From positions 608,001-672,000 of the forward strand of contig CBDDFZ010000002.1 of assembly GCA_965227515.1 (NCBI GenBank): DNA of 64,000 nucleotides, in the 5' to 3' direction. This document shows, one piece after another, positions 50,193 through 59,396 of this stretch. The DNA comes from Alphaproteobacteria bacterium (GTDB taxonomy: Bacteria; Pseudomonadota; Alphaproteobacteria; CALKHQ01). Under the pieces are notes generated by a model. The model was not told the DNA's origin and searched no databases. It saw nothing but the letters and a program-made list of their open reading frames with translations. The stretch's first letter is position 1. The number at the start of each line of letters is the position of its first letter. A program made the translations under genes and the position numbers.

Positions 50193-50579
50193 GCTGTGGT
50201 CCGATGGAAATTGGCCAGTGTGCGGCGCGTCTGATGCAGGATCATGCGCAAGAGCGCGGAGCCCAGGTATCGCGCCGTTGTCGTCGTCCAGATCCTGGCC
50301 TCGCGTGCCACGCTGTCGAGGCCGGTCGCTTCCGAGGGCAGGTCCGTTTCGGCAAGGGAGGAACGATCTCCGGCTGCTTGCGAGCGCGAAACCCACATAC
50401 ATCTTTTTGCAATGCGGGAGAATACCGCAGTGCAGCATGATGCCGGTCATAGGTAGTCATAGGCGGTGTGGGGTCGCGGACGCGCGGCGGGGCCACGTTC
50501 CTATGCAATCAAGGGGCGTCCGTGCCCCTCCTCGTTTCAAGTGTACTCTGCTGTGCCGTTGTCGCGGCCGCCACTTGGG

Positions 50580-51401
50580 TCAGGACGCCGTGGCGCCGCG
50601 CTCGACCATGATACGGAGCACCTCGTCGCCGTCGCGCCGCCACCAGTCCAGGTCGGAGAAAATCTCCACCTCGTTCAGGCCGTCGAAGCCCTGGGCCTCG
50701 ACCATGGCGCGGATGCCGGGAATGTCGATCACCCCGTCGCCCATCATGCCGCGGTCGGTCAGCATGTCGCGGGTCGGCACCAGCCAGTCGCAGATGTGGA
50801 ACGCCAGCAGGCGCTGCTTGCCGGCGCGCGCGATCTGGCCGGCCAACTCGGGGTCCCACCAGATGTGATAGACGTCGGCGGCGACCCCGATGCCGTCGCC
50901 GAGCTGGTCGCAGATGTCGAGCGCCTGGCGCAGCGTGTTCACGCAGGCGCGGTCGGCGGCGTACATCGGATGCAGCGGTTCGATGGCGACCGGCATGCCG
51001 GCCTGGCGGGCGTGGTCCAGGGTGCGGGCCAGTCCCTCAGTCACCATGGCGCGGGCGCCGTGGATATCGCGCGAGCCGGGGGCCAACCCGCCGACCACCA
51101 TCACCAGGCAGGCCGCCCCGATGGCCGCCGCCTCATCCACCGCGCGGCGGTTGTCGTCGAGCACGGCGTCGCTCAGCGCGCCATCGGCGGTGAACATGCC
51201 GCCGCGGCACAGGCCTGAGACCTTGAGTCCGGCGTCCTTGATCATCCGCGCGCCCTCGTCGACGCCGGCTTCCTGCAGCTTGTCGCGCCAGGGCGCGATG
51301 CCGCCGATGCCGTGGCGCACGCAGCCCTCGATGCACTGTCGCAGGCTCCACTGCAGCTTGACGGTGGCCGTGTTCAGCGACAGTTCGGCGGCGCTCGGCA
51401 C
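50580..51401 (-). CDS. sugar phosphate isomerase/epimerase (xylose isomerase-like TIM barrel)
   Basis: LSLNTAT, LCRGGMF, AIEPLHPMYAADRAC, DVYHIWWD, DRGMMGDGVID and EVEIFS. Confidence 0.9.
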   Translation of the reverse strand: MPSAAELSLNTATVKLQWSLRQCIEGCVRHGIGGIAPWRDKLQEAGVDEGARMIKDAGLKVSGLCRGGMFTADGALSDAVLDDNRRAVDEAAAIGAACLVMVVGGLAPGSRDIHGARAMVTEGLARTLDHARQAGMPVAIEPLHPMYAADRACVNTLRQALDICDQLGDGIGVAADVYHIWWDPELAGQIARAGKQRLLAFHICDWLVPTRDMLTDRGMMGDGVIDIPGIRAMVEAQGFDGLNEVEIFSDLDWWRRDGDEVLRIMVERGATAS

Positions 51402-51403
51402 CC

Positions 51404-52564
51404 CTAGAACTCCATCCCACGAGCCGCGAACACGGTGCGGGCGCGTGCCGCCGCCTTGTCGGCATCGACGAACAGGTTCGCCGCCGCCGCTAGCCGCACG
51501 ACCTCGGCCAGGTGCAGGGTGGAGCGCGCGCTCTCCTGCCCGCCGACCATGGTGAAGTGGTCCTGGTGTCCGTTCAGATAGGCCAGGAACACCACGCCGG
51601 TCTTGTAGAACCGGGTCGGCGCGCGAAAGATGTGGCGCGACAGCGGAACGGTCGGGTCGAACGCTGCGCTGTAGGCGGCGTGGTCGTCCTTCGCCAGCGC
51701 GGTCAGCGCGGTGCTGGCGGCGCTCGCGATCGGGTCGAAGATGCCGAGCAGGGCGTCGGAATAGCCTTCCTCGTCGCCGGCGATCAGGTCCGGGTAGTTG
51801 AAGTCGTCGCCGGTGTACATGCGCACGCCCTTGGGCAGGCGCCGGCGCATGGCGATCTCCTTCTCGGCGGAGAGGAGAGAGACCTTGATGCCGTCGATCT
51901 TGTCGGCGTTGTCGTTGATGACGCCGAGCGCGGTTTCCATCGCCGCCATATGGTCGCCATTGCCCCAATAGCCTTCCAGCGCCGGGTCGAACATCTCGCC
52001 CAGCCAGTGCAGGATCGCCGGCTGCTGCAGGCCGGAGAGCACGCGCCCATAGACGCGGGCATAGTCGTCGGGGCCGGCCGCCGCCTTGGTCAGCGCGCGC
52101 GAGGCCATCATGATCACCCGCGATCCGGCGGCTTCAACCGCCTCGCACTGCATCTCATAGGCGGCGATCACGTCGTCGACGGTCACGTCGGGGCCGGGCG
52201 CCAGATGGTCGGTACCGGCGCCCGACGCGATCAAATGGCCGCCCGCTTTGGCCTCGCGCACCGAGCGCTTGATCAGCTCCAGCGATGCGTTCCAGTCCAG
52301 CCCCATGCCGCGCTGTGCCGTGTCCATCGCCTCGGCTACGCCCAGGCCCAGCGACCAGAGGTGGTGGCGGAACGCCAGGGTCGCGTCCCAGTCGATGGCA
52401 ACGTCCAGCCACGGGTCGATGTCGGCCAGCGGGTCGGCCACCACATGGGCGGCGGAATAGGCCACGCGGGTCCAGTCCCCACCGGTCTCGGGCGCCGGCG
52501 CATCGTCGAGGATCACCGTCGAGATCGAGCCGTCGGGCTCGGGCAGTTTCAGGGTCACGGACAT
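51404..52564 (-). CDS. DUF993 / dihydrodipicolinate synthase-like family protein
   Basis: AAHVVADP, AEAMDTAQRGMGLDW, GAGTDHL, LHWLGEMFDPAL, GIKVSLL, YTGDDFNY and YKTGVVFLA. Confidence 0.88.
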   Translation of the reverse strand: MSVTLKLPEPDGSISTVILDDAPAPETGGDWTRVAYSAAHVVADPLADIDPWLDVAIDWDATLAFRHHLWSLGLGVAEAMDTAQRGMGLDWNASLELIKRSVREAKAGGHLIASGAGTDHLAPGPDVTVDDVIAAYEMQCEAVEAAGSRVIMMASRALTKAAAGPDDYARVYGRVLSGLQQPAILHWLGEMFDPALEGYWGNGDHMAAMETALGVINDNADKIDGIKVSLLSAEKEIAMRRRLPKGVRMYTGDDFNYPDLIAGDEEGYSDALLGIFDPIASAASTALTALAKDDHAAYSAAFDPTVPLSRHIFRAPTRFYKTGVVFLAYLNGHQDHFTMVGGQESARSTLHLAEVVRLAAAANLFVDADKAAARARTVFAARGMEF

Positions 52565-52567
52565 TGA

Positions 52568-53719
52568 TCAGATCTCCAGTTCGGGGACGTCGAGCCAGCG
52601 GCCTTCCTTCCAGCTCTGCATGCCCAGTTCGGCCAGTTGCACGCCCTTCGCACCTTCCTTGAAAGTGTACGACCAGGGCGCGTCTTCCGCCACATGGCGC
52701 AGGAAGCCCTCCCACTGCACCTTGAAGCCATTGTCGAAGTCGGTGTTGTCCGGCACGTCCTCCCAGCTCTCGAAGAAGTCGAGCGCCTGGGGCTGGTCCG
52801 GGTTCCACACCGGCTTCGGCGTGTTCATGCGGTGCTGGGTGCGGCAGTCGTGCAGCCCGGCGACGGCGGAGCCGTGGGTGCCGTCGACCTGGAACGTCAC
52901 CAGGTCGTCGCGGCGCACCCGCACGCACCAGCTCGAATTGATGTGGGCGACGATGCCGCCGGCGAGCTTGAAGGTGGCGTAGGCGGCGTCGTCGGCGGTC
53001 GCGTTGTAGCGGTGGCCGTTCTCGTCCCAGCGCTCGGGAATATGGGTGGCGCCCAGGCACGACACCGCTTCGACGGGCGCGATCACGTTGTCCAGCACAT
53101 AGCGCCAGTGGCACAGCATGTCGGAGATGATGCCGCCGCCGTCCTCGGCGCGATAGTTCCAGCTCGGCCGCTGCGCCGGCATGTAATCGCCCTCGAACAC
53201 CCAGTAGCCGAACTCGCCGCGGACCGACAGGATGCGCCCGAAGAACCCGGCGTCGCGCAGCCGCTTCAGCTTGATCAGGCCGGGCAGATCCAGCTTGTCG
53301 TGGACGATGCCGTTCTTGATGCCGGCCTTCTTGGCATAGGCGGCGACGTCGACCGCGTCCGCCAGGGTCTCGGAGATCGGCTTTTCGCAATAGACGTGCT
53401 TGCCGGCATCGATCGCCTTCTTCAGCAGCGACGGCCGTAGCCCGGTCGAGGCCGCGTCAAAGAACACCTCGTCGTCGGGGTTGGCCAGGGCCGCATCCAG
53501 ATCGGTGGTGAAGCGCTCGACACCGCTCGCGCGCGCCAGCGCCTCGACTTTGTCGGCGTTGCGCCCGACCAGAATGGGGTCCGGCACCAGCGCGGTGCCG
53601 TCGGACAGCGCCAGGCCGCCCTGGTCGCGGATCGCCAGCACGGAGCGCATCAGGTGCTGGTTCATCCCCATGCGTCCGGTCACGCCGTGCATGATGATGC
53701 CGATGCGCTTCTGCTTCAT
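52568..53719 (-). CDS. Gfo/Idh/MocA family oxidoreductase
   Basis: GVTGRMG, GKHVYCEKP, EFGYWVFEG, QRPSWNYR and DMLCHW. Confidence 0.92.
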   Translation of the reverse strand: MKQKRIGIIMHGVTGRMGMNQHLMRSVLAIRDQGGLALSDGTALVPDPILVGRNADKVEALARASGVERFTTDLDAALANPDDEVFFDAASTGLRPSLLKKAIDAGKHVYCEKPISETLADAVDVAAYAKKAGIKNGIVHDKLDLPGLIKLKRLRDAGFFGRILSVRGEFGYWVFEGDYMPAQRPSWNYRAEDGGGIISDMLCHWRYVLDNVIAPVEAVSCLGATHIPERWDENGHRYNATADDAAYATFKLAGGIVAHINSSWCVRVRRDDLVTFQVDGTHGSAVAGLHDCRTQHRMNTPKPVWNPDQPQALDFFESWEDVPDNTDFDNGFKVQWEGFLRHVAEDAPWSYTFKEGAKGVQLAELGMQSWKEGRWLDVPELEI

Positions 53720-53735
53720 GTGAGGGTCTCCTGGG

Positions 53736-54455
53736 TCATTGGTCTTGCGTTTGCGAGGGTGGGGGCGGGCGCAGGAAACGGACGACGAGTTCGCTCACGT
53801 CCTCCTTGCGCCGCTCGATCCATGCGTCGTCGATGGACACGCCGAACACGACGCGCAGGGTGTGCTTGTTGGACACCGGGAAATAGCAAAGCGAGGCGAT
53901 GGTGATGTAGAGCTCGACCGGGTCGATGCCGTCGCGGAACACGCCCTCGGCGACGCCCCGGTCCAGCACCCGGCGCAATTCCTCGATCAACGGCGACTGG
54001 ATGATGCCGACATCCACGATCTGGCGCACCGTCTCGCCGCCACGCAGGTTCTCGGTGTTCAGCATCGAGATGAACCACGGCTTGGCGCGGAAGTGGTCGA
54101 GCGTGAAGTGGACCAGGGCGCGGATCGCCGCCTCCGGCGCGCGGTTGCGCAGCTCGAGCTGCTGCTCGCCCTGGCGGATCTGCACATAGGCCTCGCGCAG
54201 GGCGGCGGTATAGAGCGCGTCCTTGTCGCCGAAGTAGTTGTAGAGCATCGGCTTCGAAACGCCGGCCCGCTGCGCGATGGTGTCGATCCGCGCACCGGCA
54301 TGGCCCTGCTCCGAGAACTCGACCAGGGCGGCCTCCAGAATGGCGCGCTGGGTTGCGGCGGCGTCGCGCTTCGGGCGGCGGCGTGGCGAGGCCGGACCGT
54401 CGTCCATGGCCTCGGGCGCCATGCCAGCAACGTCATCCTGGCGGTTCGCGGCCAT
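53736..54455 (-). CDS. TetR family transcriptional regulator
   Basis: ILEAALVEFSEQGHAGARIDTIAQRAGVSKPMLYNYFGDKDALY helix-turn-helix. Confidence 0.92.
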   Translation of the reverse strand: MAANRQDDVAGMAPEAMDDGPASPRRRPKRDAAATQRAILEAALVEFSEQGHAGARIDTIAQRAGVSKPMLYNYFGDKDALYTAALREAYVQIRQGEQQLELRNRAPEAAIRALVHFTLDHFRAKPWFISMLNTENLRGGETVRQIVDVGIIQSPLIEELRRVLDRGVAEGVFRDGIDPVELYITIASLCYFPVSNKHTLRVVFGVSIDDAWIERRKEDVSELVVRFLRPPPPSQTQDQ

Positions 54456-54458
54456 CGC

Positions 54459-55988
54459 TCAGGCCCGTCCCTGGGGGCGCAACAGGCGCTGCATGCCGGC
54501 GCTGGCGCCCTGGCGCACCCGGCGGATGCTGAACAGGATCGACAGCACGATGACGGCGGCGAACACCGCCGACACCGGCCGGGTGAAGAACGGCTCCAGG
54601 CTGCCGTCGGACAGGATCAGGCCGCGGCGCAGGCTCTTGTCGAGCAGGGTGCCCAGGATGATGCCCAGAACCAGCGGCGCCATCGGGTACTTCATCAGCC
54701 GCAGCACGAAGCCCAGCAAGCCGAACGCCACCATGACCACGATCTCGAACGGCCGCTGGGTCAGCGCGTAGGGGCCAATGACGCAAAGCGAGAACACCAG
54801 CGGCATCAGGTATTCGCGCGGCACCCGCAGCACCAGCACGAAGATCGGGCTCAGCAGGATGCCGAACAGCGCGATGGCGGCGGTCGCCAGCACCAGCATC
54901 ACCGAGACCATGTAAATGAAATCCGGCCGCTCCAGCATGATCATCGGGCCAGGCTGGACGCCGTGGATGAACAGGGCGGCGATCAGCACGGCGGCGGGCG
55001 CGGACCCGGGCACCGCCAGCGTCAGCGCCGGGATCAGCGCGCCCGGCACGACCGCGCTGTTGCCGGTTTCCGCGGCGGTCAGGGCCTCGGTCGAGCCCTT
55101 GCCGAACATCTTGCGCTCCTTGGAAAGGCGGCGCGCGACGGCGTAGGACGACCATGCGCCGATGTCCTCGCCGACGCCAGGAATGATGCCGACCATGGTG
55201 CCGATGACGCCGGAGCGCGCGACGGTGAACTTGTAGCGCCACAGGTCGATCAGGCGCGGCAACTGCCACTCGAGGAACGACTTCGTCCGCGCGAGCTGGC
55301 CCTTGGGCCGCCACATCACGGTCAGTACCTCGGCGAAGCCGAACGCGCCGACCATGGCCGGGATCAGCCCGATGCCGCCGTTCAACTGCTCCAGCCCCAT
55401 GTTGAAGCGGACGTGGGAATGGATGCCCTCCGACCCGATCATCGCCACCATCAGGCCGAGCAGGCCGGCGATGTAGCCCTTCAGTGGGGTCGGCCCGCCA
55501 GTCAGCTGCCCGGAAATGACGATGCCGAACACCGCCAGCCAGAAGAACTCGTAGGAGCCGAAGTTCAGCGCGGCCTCAGCCAGCGGCGGCGCCAGCATGA
55601 CCAGCAGTGCGATGCCGACCAACGTGCCCAGCGCGGAGCCGGCGGTGGCCAGGCCCATGGCGTATTGGGCACGGCCCTGTTGCGCCAGCGGATACCCGTC
55701 CAGCGCCGTGGCTGCGCTGGCGGGGGTGCCGGGGATGTTGAGCAGGATCGCGCTGCGCGACCCGCCGTAGATGGCGCCGACATACATGCAGATCAGCACC
55801 GTGATCGCGGTGTCGCGCTCCAGTGTGTAGGTCAGCGTTGTCAGCAGGGCGACGCCCATGGTCGCGGTCAGGCCCGGCAGGGAGCCGATGACGATGCCGA
55901 GCAGCGTCGCCCAGGCGACGTGCAGCAACAGCATCGGCGTAATCAGTGTGCCGAATGCGTCGAAGAAGGCGCCGAACCCCTCGATCAC
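54459..55988 (-). CDS. tctA: tripartite tricarboxylate transporter permease TctA
   Basis: GTGA overlap start; GSLPGL, YGGSRSAILLNIPGTPASAATALDGYPLA, AAETGNS, LHGVQPGP-like motif and PLVLGIILG. Confidence 0.92.
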   Translation of the reverse strand: MIEGFGAFFDAFGTLITPMLLLHVAWATLLGIVIGSLPGLTATMGVALLTTLTYTLERDTAITVLICMYVGAIYGGSRSAILLNIPGTPASAATALDGYPLAQQGRAQYAMGLATAGSALGTLVGIALLVMLAPPLAEAALNFGSYEFFWLAVFGIVISGQLTGGPTPLKGYIAGLLGLMVAMIGSEGIHSHVRFNMGLEQLNGGIGLIPAMVGAFGFAEVLTVMWRPKGQLARTKSFLEWQLPRLIDLWRYKFTVARSGVIGTMVGIIPGVGEDIGAWSSYAVARRLSKERKMFGKGSTEALTAAETGNSAVVPGALIPALTLAVPGSAPAAVLIAALFIHGVQPGPMIMLERPDFIYMVSVMLVLATAAIALFGILLSPIFVLVLRVPREYLMPLVFSLCVIGPYALTQRPFEIVVMVAFGLLGFVLRLMKYPMAPLVLGIILGTLLDKSLRRGLILSDGSLEPFFTRPVSAVFAAVIVLSILFSIRRVRQGASAGMQRLLRPQGRA

Positions 55989-56539
55989 GGCAGCCTCACC
56001 AGGAAGGCGTAGCGGAACAGCAGCGACACCGCGGCGGCGCAGGCGGCGGCGAAGACGACCGCGATCGCCACGCCGATCCAGCGGTCGCGCGCCGGCTTGG
56101 CGGCGTCCCAGGTGAAGTGGATGGTGAAGCCGGCAATGAAGATGCCGGTGGCCAGCATGAACGGCATGTTGCCCACCAGGACCACGGCATAGACGATGCA
56201 GTATCCGGTGGCGGCCAGCAGGGCGCGCCAACTCGGCGCCTCGGCTGCCTTGTCGTTGGCGGCGCCAGCATCGACTTTGGTATCGCCGGCCTCGTTGTCA
56301 GCCACATCGTCGGCCAAATCGTCCGGCGCCTCGCCGCGCCCGGCGGACGAGAACAGCAAGGCTGCGCACAGCATCATCGCCCCGCCCAGGATCATCGGCA
56401 GCAGGCCGGGAATGCTGGCCGGATGGATGTCGCGGATTTCCAGCCGGTCCATGGTGTAGCCGCCGATCAGCATCGCCAGCCCCAGCGCGAACAGGACGCA
56501 GGCCATGATCTTGTCGGCGCGTGCGGCGGCGAACGGCAC
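55985..56539 (-). CDS. tctB: tripartite tricarboxylate transporter TctB family protein
   Basis: Four to five TM segments, PGLLP and terminal LFRYAFLVRLP; lies between tctC and tctA. Confidence 0.85.
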   Translation of the reverse strand: MPFAAARADKIMACVLFALGLAMLIGGYTMDRLEIRDIHPASIPGLLPMILGGAMMLCAALLFSSAGRGEAPDDLADDVADNEAGDTKVDAGAANDKAAEAPSWRALLAATGYCIVYAVVLVGNMPFMLATGIFIAGFTIHFTWDAAKPARDRWIGVAIAVVFAAACAAAVSLLFRYAFLVRLP

Positions 56540-56650
56540 CCGAACCTCTTCAGCTCAGTTCAAACGGGTTTCGGCAAGGAAAGCGCACCGCTGCCACCCG
56601 GGGCAACGGCGCGCTTGCCAACGAACCATGCAATCGATTGCGCGGCCCGA

Positions 56651-57670
56651 TTACTCGGACGGGCAGTCGATCCCGATCTCCGACGGCGAGATCACGTTCT
56701 CGCCGCGGGTGACCCGGGCGCAGGCTTCCATGATGACGACCGGCATCGCCACTTCCAGGGCCGCGTCGCCGTAGGACGGCGAGAACACGGCGCCGCGCTC
56801 GGACGCGTAGGCGGCCAGCTCCGGCGAGGTCATGATCACGTCCTGCCAGACCTGGTTGACGGTCTCATAGACCTCGTCGGGTGCGCCGACCGGAATGAAC
56901 ACGCCGAAATAGTCCTTGGCGATCGGCATGTCGGGCAGCCAGTCGGTGATCGGCGGAATCGGGTCCAGGCCCTCGATCAGCAGCGCCTCGTCGGAGAGCA
57001 CGGCGAGCGCGCGGATGCGGCCGGCCTTGATCATCTCGGTCTGCTCCACCGCAAGCTGGGTGGTCGCGACGACCTCGCCGCTGGCCGCCGCCAGCACCGC
57101 CGGGTTGCCGCCGTCGTAGGTGACCATGCGCGCGCCGAACTCGGCACCGGAGGCCTCCTCCAGCGCCGCCAGCGCCATGCCGCCCGACGAGTTGACGCCG
57201 GCGGTGCCGACCGTGACACCTTCGCCTTTCAGCGCCTCAAGCAGCGCGCCGAAATCCTGATACTCCGAATCGGCATTGACGCTGACCACCGGCACGTTGG
57301 CGACGTGCAGGTAGATCACGTAGTCCTCGATGGAGGTGTTCTCGATCAGGCCGGTGATGGCGTAGGTGGCATTGTTGGCGATGGCATTGGCGGTCCAGGT
57401 GTAGCCGTCGCGCGGCGCGTCGAGCGCGGCCTTGGTGCCGATGGAGCCGGAGGCGCCGGGCTGGTTGACCACCACCACCGCGGTGCCAAGGGCTTCTTCC
57501 AGCAACGGGGCGACGACGCGGGTGACCTGGTCGGTGGACCCGCCGGCTGACCACGGCACGATGATGTTGATCGGCTGCTCCGGCACCCATTCGGCGACGG
57601 CGGCCTGTCCGAACGCGATGGCGGCAGCGCCGACGGCAACGGTACGGATCGCGTATTTCATTGAATTCAT
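56651..57670 (-). CDS. tctC: tripartite tricarboxylate transporter substrate-binding protein (TctC/Bug)
   Basis: Signal peptide; IIVPWSAGGSTD, VVNQPGASGSIG, DGYT and YDGGNPA. Confidence 0.92.
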   Translation of the reverse strand: MNSMKYAIRTVAVGAAAIAFGQAAVAEWVPEQPINIIVPWSAGGSTDQVTRVVAPLLEEALGTAVVVVNQPGASGSIGTKAALDAPRDGYTWTANAIANNATYAITGLIENTSIEDYVIYLHVANVPVVSVNADSEYQDFGALLEALKGEGVTVGTAGVNSSGGMALAALEEASGAEFGARMVTYDGGNPAVLAAASGEVVATTQLAVEQTEMIKAGRIRALAVLSDEALLIEGLDPIPPITDWLPDMPIAKDYFGVFIPVGAPDEVYETVNQVWQDVIMTSPELAAYASERGAVFSPSYGDAALEVAMPVVIMEACARVTRGENVISPSEIGIDCPSE

Positions 57671-57689
57671 TGGTGATTCCTCCCTTTAC

Positions 57690-57707
57690 TTACTTACTGG
57701 TAGGTAA
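57690..57707. promoter_or_regulatory. candidate TetR operator
   Basis: TTACTTAC-TG-GTAGGTAA imperfect palindrome immediately upstream of the tctC RBS. Confidence 0.55.
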
Positions 57708-57912
57708 CATAGCTCTTTGGTTGGCCCCTTGGCAACGGGCGCGACGGCACCGGTGGGCTGGTATCGGCACCAATGCTGGCCTATGACGCATTTGTCGGTG
57801 GGCCCCGGCTGACCATGGGGGTTCACGCGACGGGGAATCATTGCGCGCGCGTCCGTCCGGCGCGGCGCAGCGAGGTGGCGAGTTCGATGGCGCACCCAAC
57901 GCCGGTTGCCGC

Positions 57913-59061
57913 GTGACCAAGGTTTTGCATGTCATTTCCGACCTGGGGGCCGGCGGGGCGGAGCGCGCGCTGGCCGGGCTGGTCGCCGACCGCGTGGCCG
58001 GGGCCGGCCTGGAGCATCGCGTGCTTTGCCTGCGCGAGGGCGGCTTTTATGCCCCGATGGTGGAGGCGGCGGGCGCCGGACCGGACGTGATCGGCGGCGA
58101 CGGCCTGGGCGCGGTGCCGCGCTGGATCGCGGGCGTCCGTGCTGCCGTCCGCCGGATGCGCCCACAGATCGTGCAGAGCTGGATGTATTACGCCAACGTC
58201 ATCGCCTATGGCGCCTTGCGCACCATGCGGCGCCAGGGCGGCGCCCGCCTGGTCTGGGGCATCCGCTGCTCGGACATGGACCTGGACCGCTACCCATCCA
58301 GCCTGCGGCGCGCGGTCAGGATCGGTGCCCGCCTGTCGGGCAAGGTCGACTGCATCGTCGCCAATTCGCACGCCGGGCGGCAGGCGCATCTGGCCCTGGG
58401 CTACGCCGGGGACAGGTTTCGGGTGATCGAGAACGGCTTCGACACCGCCAAATTCCGCCCGGACCCGGCGCTGCGGGCGGCGACCCGGCGCGAACTCGGT
58501 CTGGACGACGATGCGTTCGCGGTCGGCATCGTAGCGCGGGTCGACCCGATGAAGGACTATCCGGCCTTCCTTGCCGCGCTGGAGCGGGTGCCTAACGCCG
58601 TTGGTGTTGCGGTGGGGGCGGGGACGGAAGCGCTGGTCGGGCCGGCCAACTTCCGTGGCATCGGCCGCCAGTCCGACAGTCAGCGCTATCACAACGCGTT
58701 CGACGTGCTGGTGTCGTGCTCGGCGTTCGGCGAGGGCATGTCGAACGCCATCGGCGAGGCGATGGCCTGCGGCTGTCCGGTGGTCGCCACCGACGTGGGG
58801 GATGCCAGGCGCATGCTGACGGGCGGGGACGACCTGCCGCCGGCAGGCGAGATCGTCGCGCCGGGGGATGCTGGCGCGCTCGGCGACCGTCTGGCGGTGC
58901 TGATGGCCGATCCGGCGCGCGCGCGGGCGTTGGGCGAGGCCGGGCACGCGCGGGTGATGGCGCACTACACGCTGGAGCAGTGCACGCGCCGCTACGCGGC
59001 TCTATACGAGGAGCTTGCCGGCCCCCTAGCGCCAACGGCACGGGGTCAGCCTGCAGATTAG
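57913..59061 (+). CDS. glycosyltransferase family 4
   Basis: VLHVISDLGAGGAE, QSWMYYAN, ENGFD, VARVDPMKDY and GEGMSNAIGEAMACGCPVVATDVG. Confidence 0.92.
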   Translation: MTKVLHVISDLGAGGAERALAGLVADRVAGAGLEHRVLCLREGGFYAPMVEAAGAGPDVIGGDGLGAVPRWIAGVRAAVRRMRPQIVQSWMYYANVIAYGALRTMRRQGGARLVWGIRCSDMDLDRYPSSLRRAVRIGARLSGKVDCIVANSHAGRQAHLALGYAGDRFRVIENGFDTAKFRPDPALRAATRRELGLDDDAFAVGIVARVDPMKDYPAFLAALERVPNAVGVAVGAGTEALVGPANFRGIGRQSDSQRYHNAFDVLVSCSAFGEGMSNAIGEAMACGCPVVATDVGDARRMLTGGDDLPPAGEIVAPGDAGALGDRLAVLMADPARARALGEAGHARVMAHYTLEQCTRRYAALYEELAGPLAPTARGQPAD

Positions 59062-59190
59062 ACTTCAGTCGATGCAGACTCTGCGCCAAGTGTAAGTAGA
59101 GCGTCGGGCGCTAGACCTGCAACATGCTCAGGCTCGATAACTGATCGGGCCGGACCTGGCCGCAAGTCGCGGAGAATAAACACCCCCCCC

Positions 59191-59328
59191 ATTGTTATCC
59201 TTGGCCGAGGCCAAGCGAAGCGTTGGGCGAGTGCCGAGGATCCATCCCGCCGTTCGCGCGATGCGGACCATGGATCCTCGACGCGACGCGCGGAACAAGT
59301 TCCAGGCGCGCCGGTCAAGGATGACAAT
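59191..59328. repeat. palindromic intergenic repeat element, copy B
   Basis: ATTGTTATCCTTGGCC...GGTCAAGGATGACAAT; inner GAGGATCCAT/ATGGATCCTC stem; same family as 30708-30890. Confidence 0.8.
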
Positions 59329-59396
59329 GGTGTTGGTGACGGGGCGTAGACACCTAGTACCGATGCAGATGCAATACTTACGTCCCGTGCTCTAAC

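Noticed and set aside
37207-50570. Active integrative element or prophage at tRNA-Ser
   Set aside because: No integrase, phage or conjugation genes, and I found no duplicated tRNA 3' end by eye.
53739-56012. 757 aa plus-strand ORF
   Set aside because: Antisense shadow of tetR and tctA.
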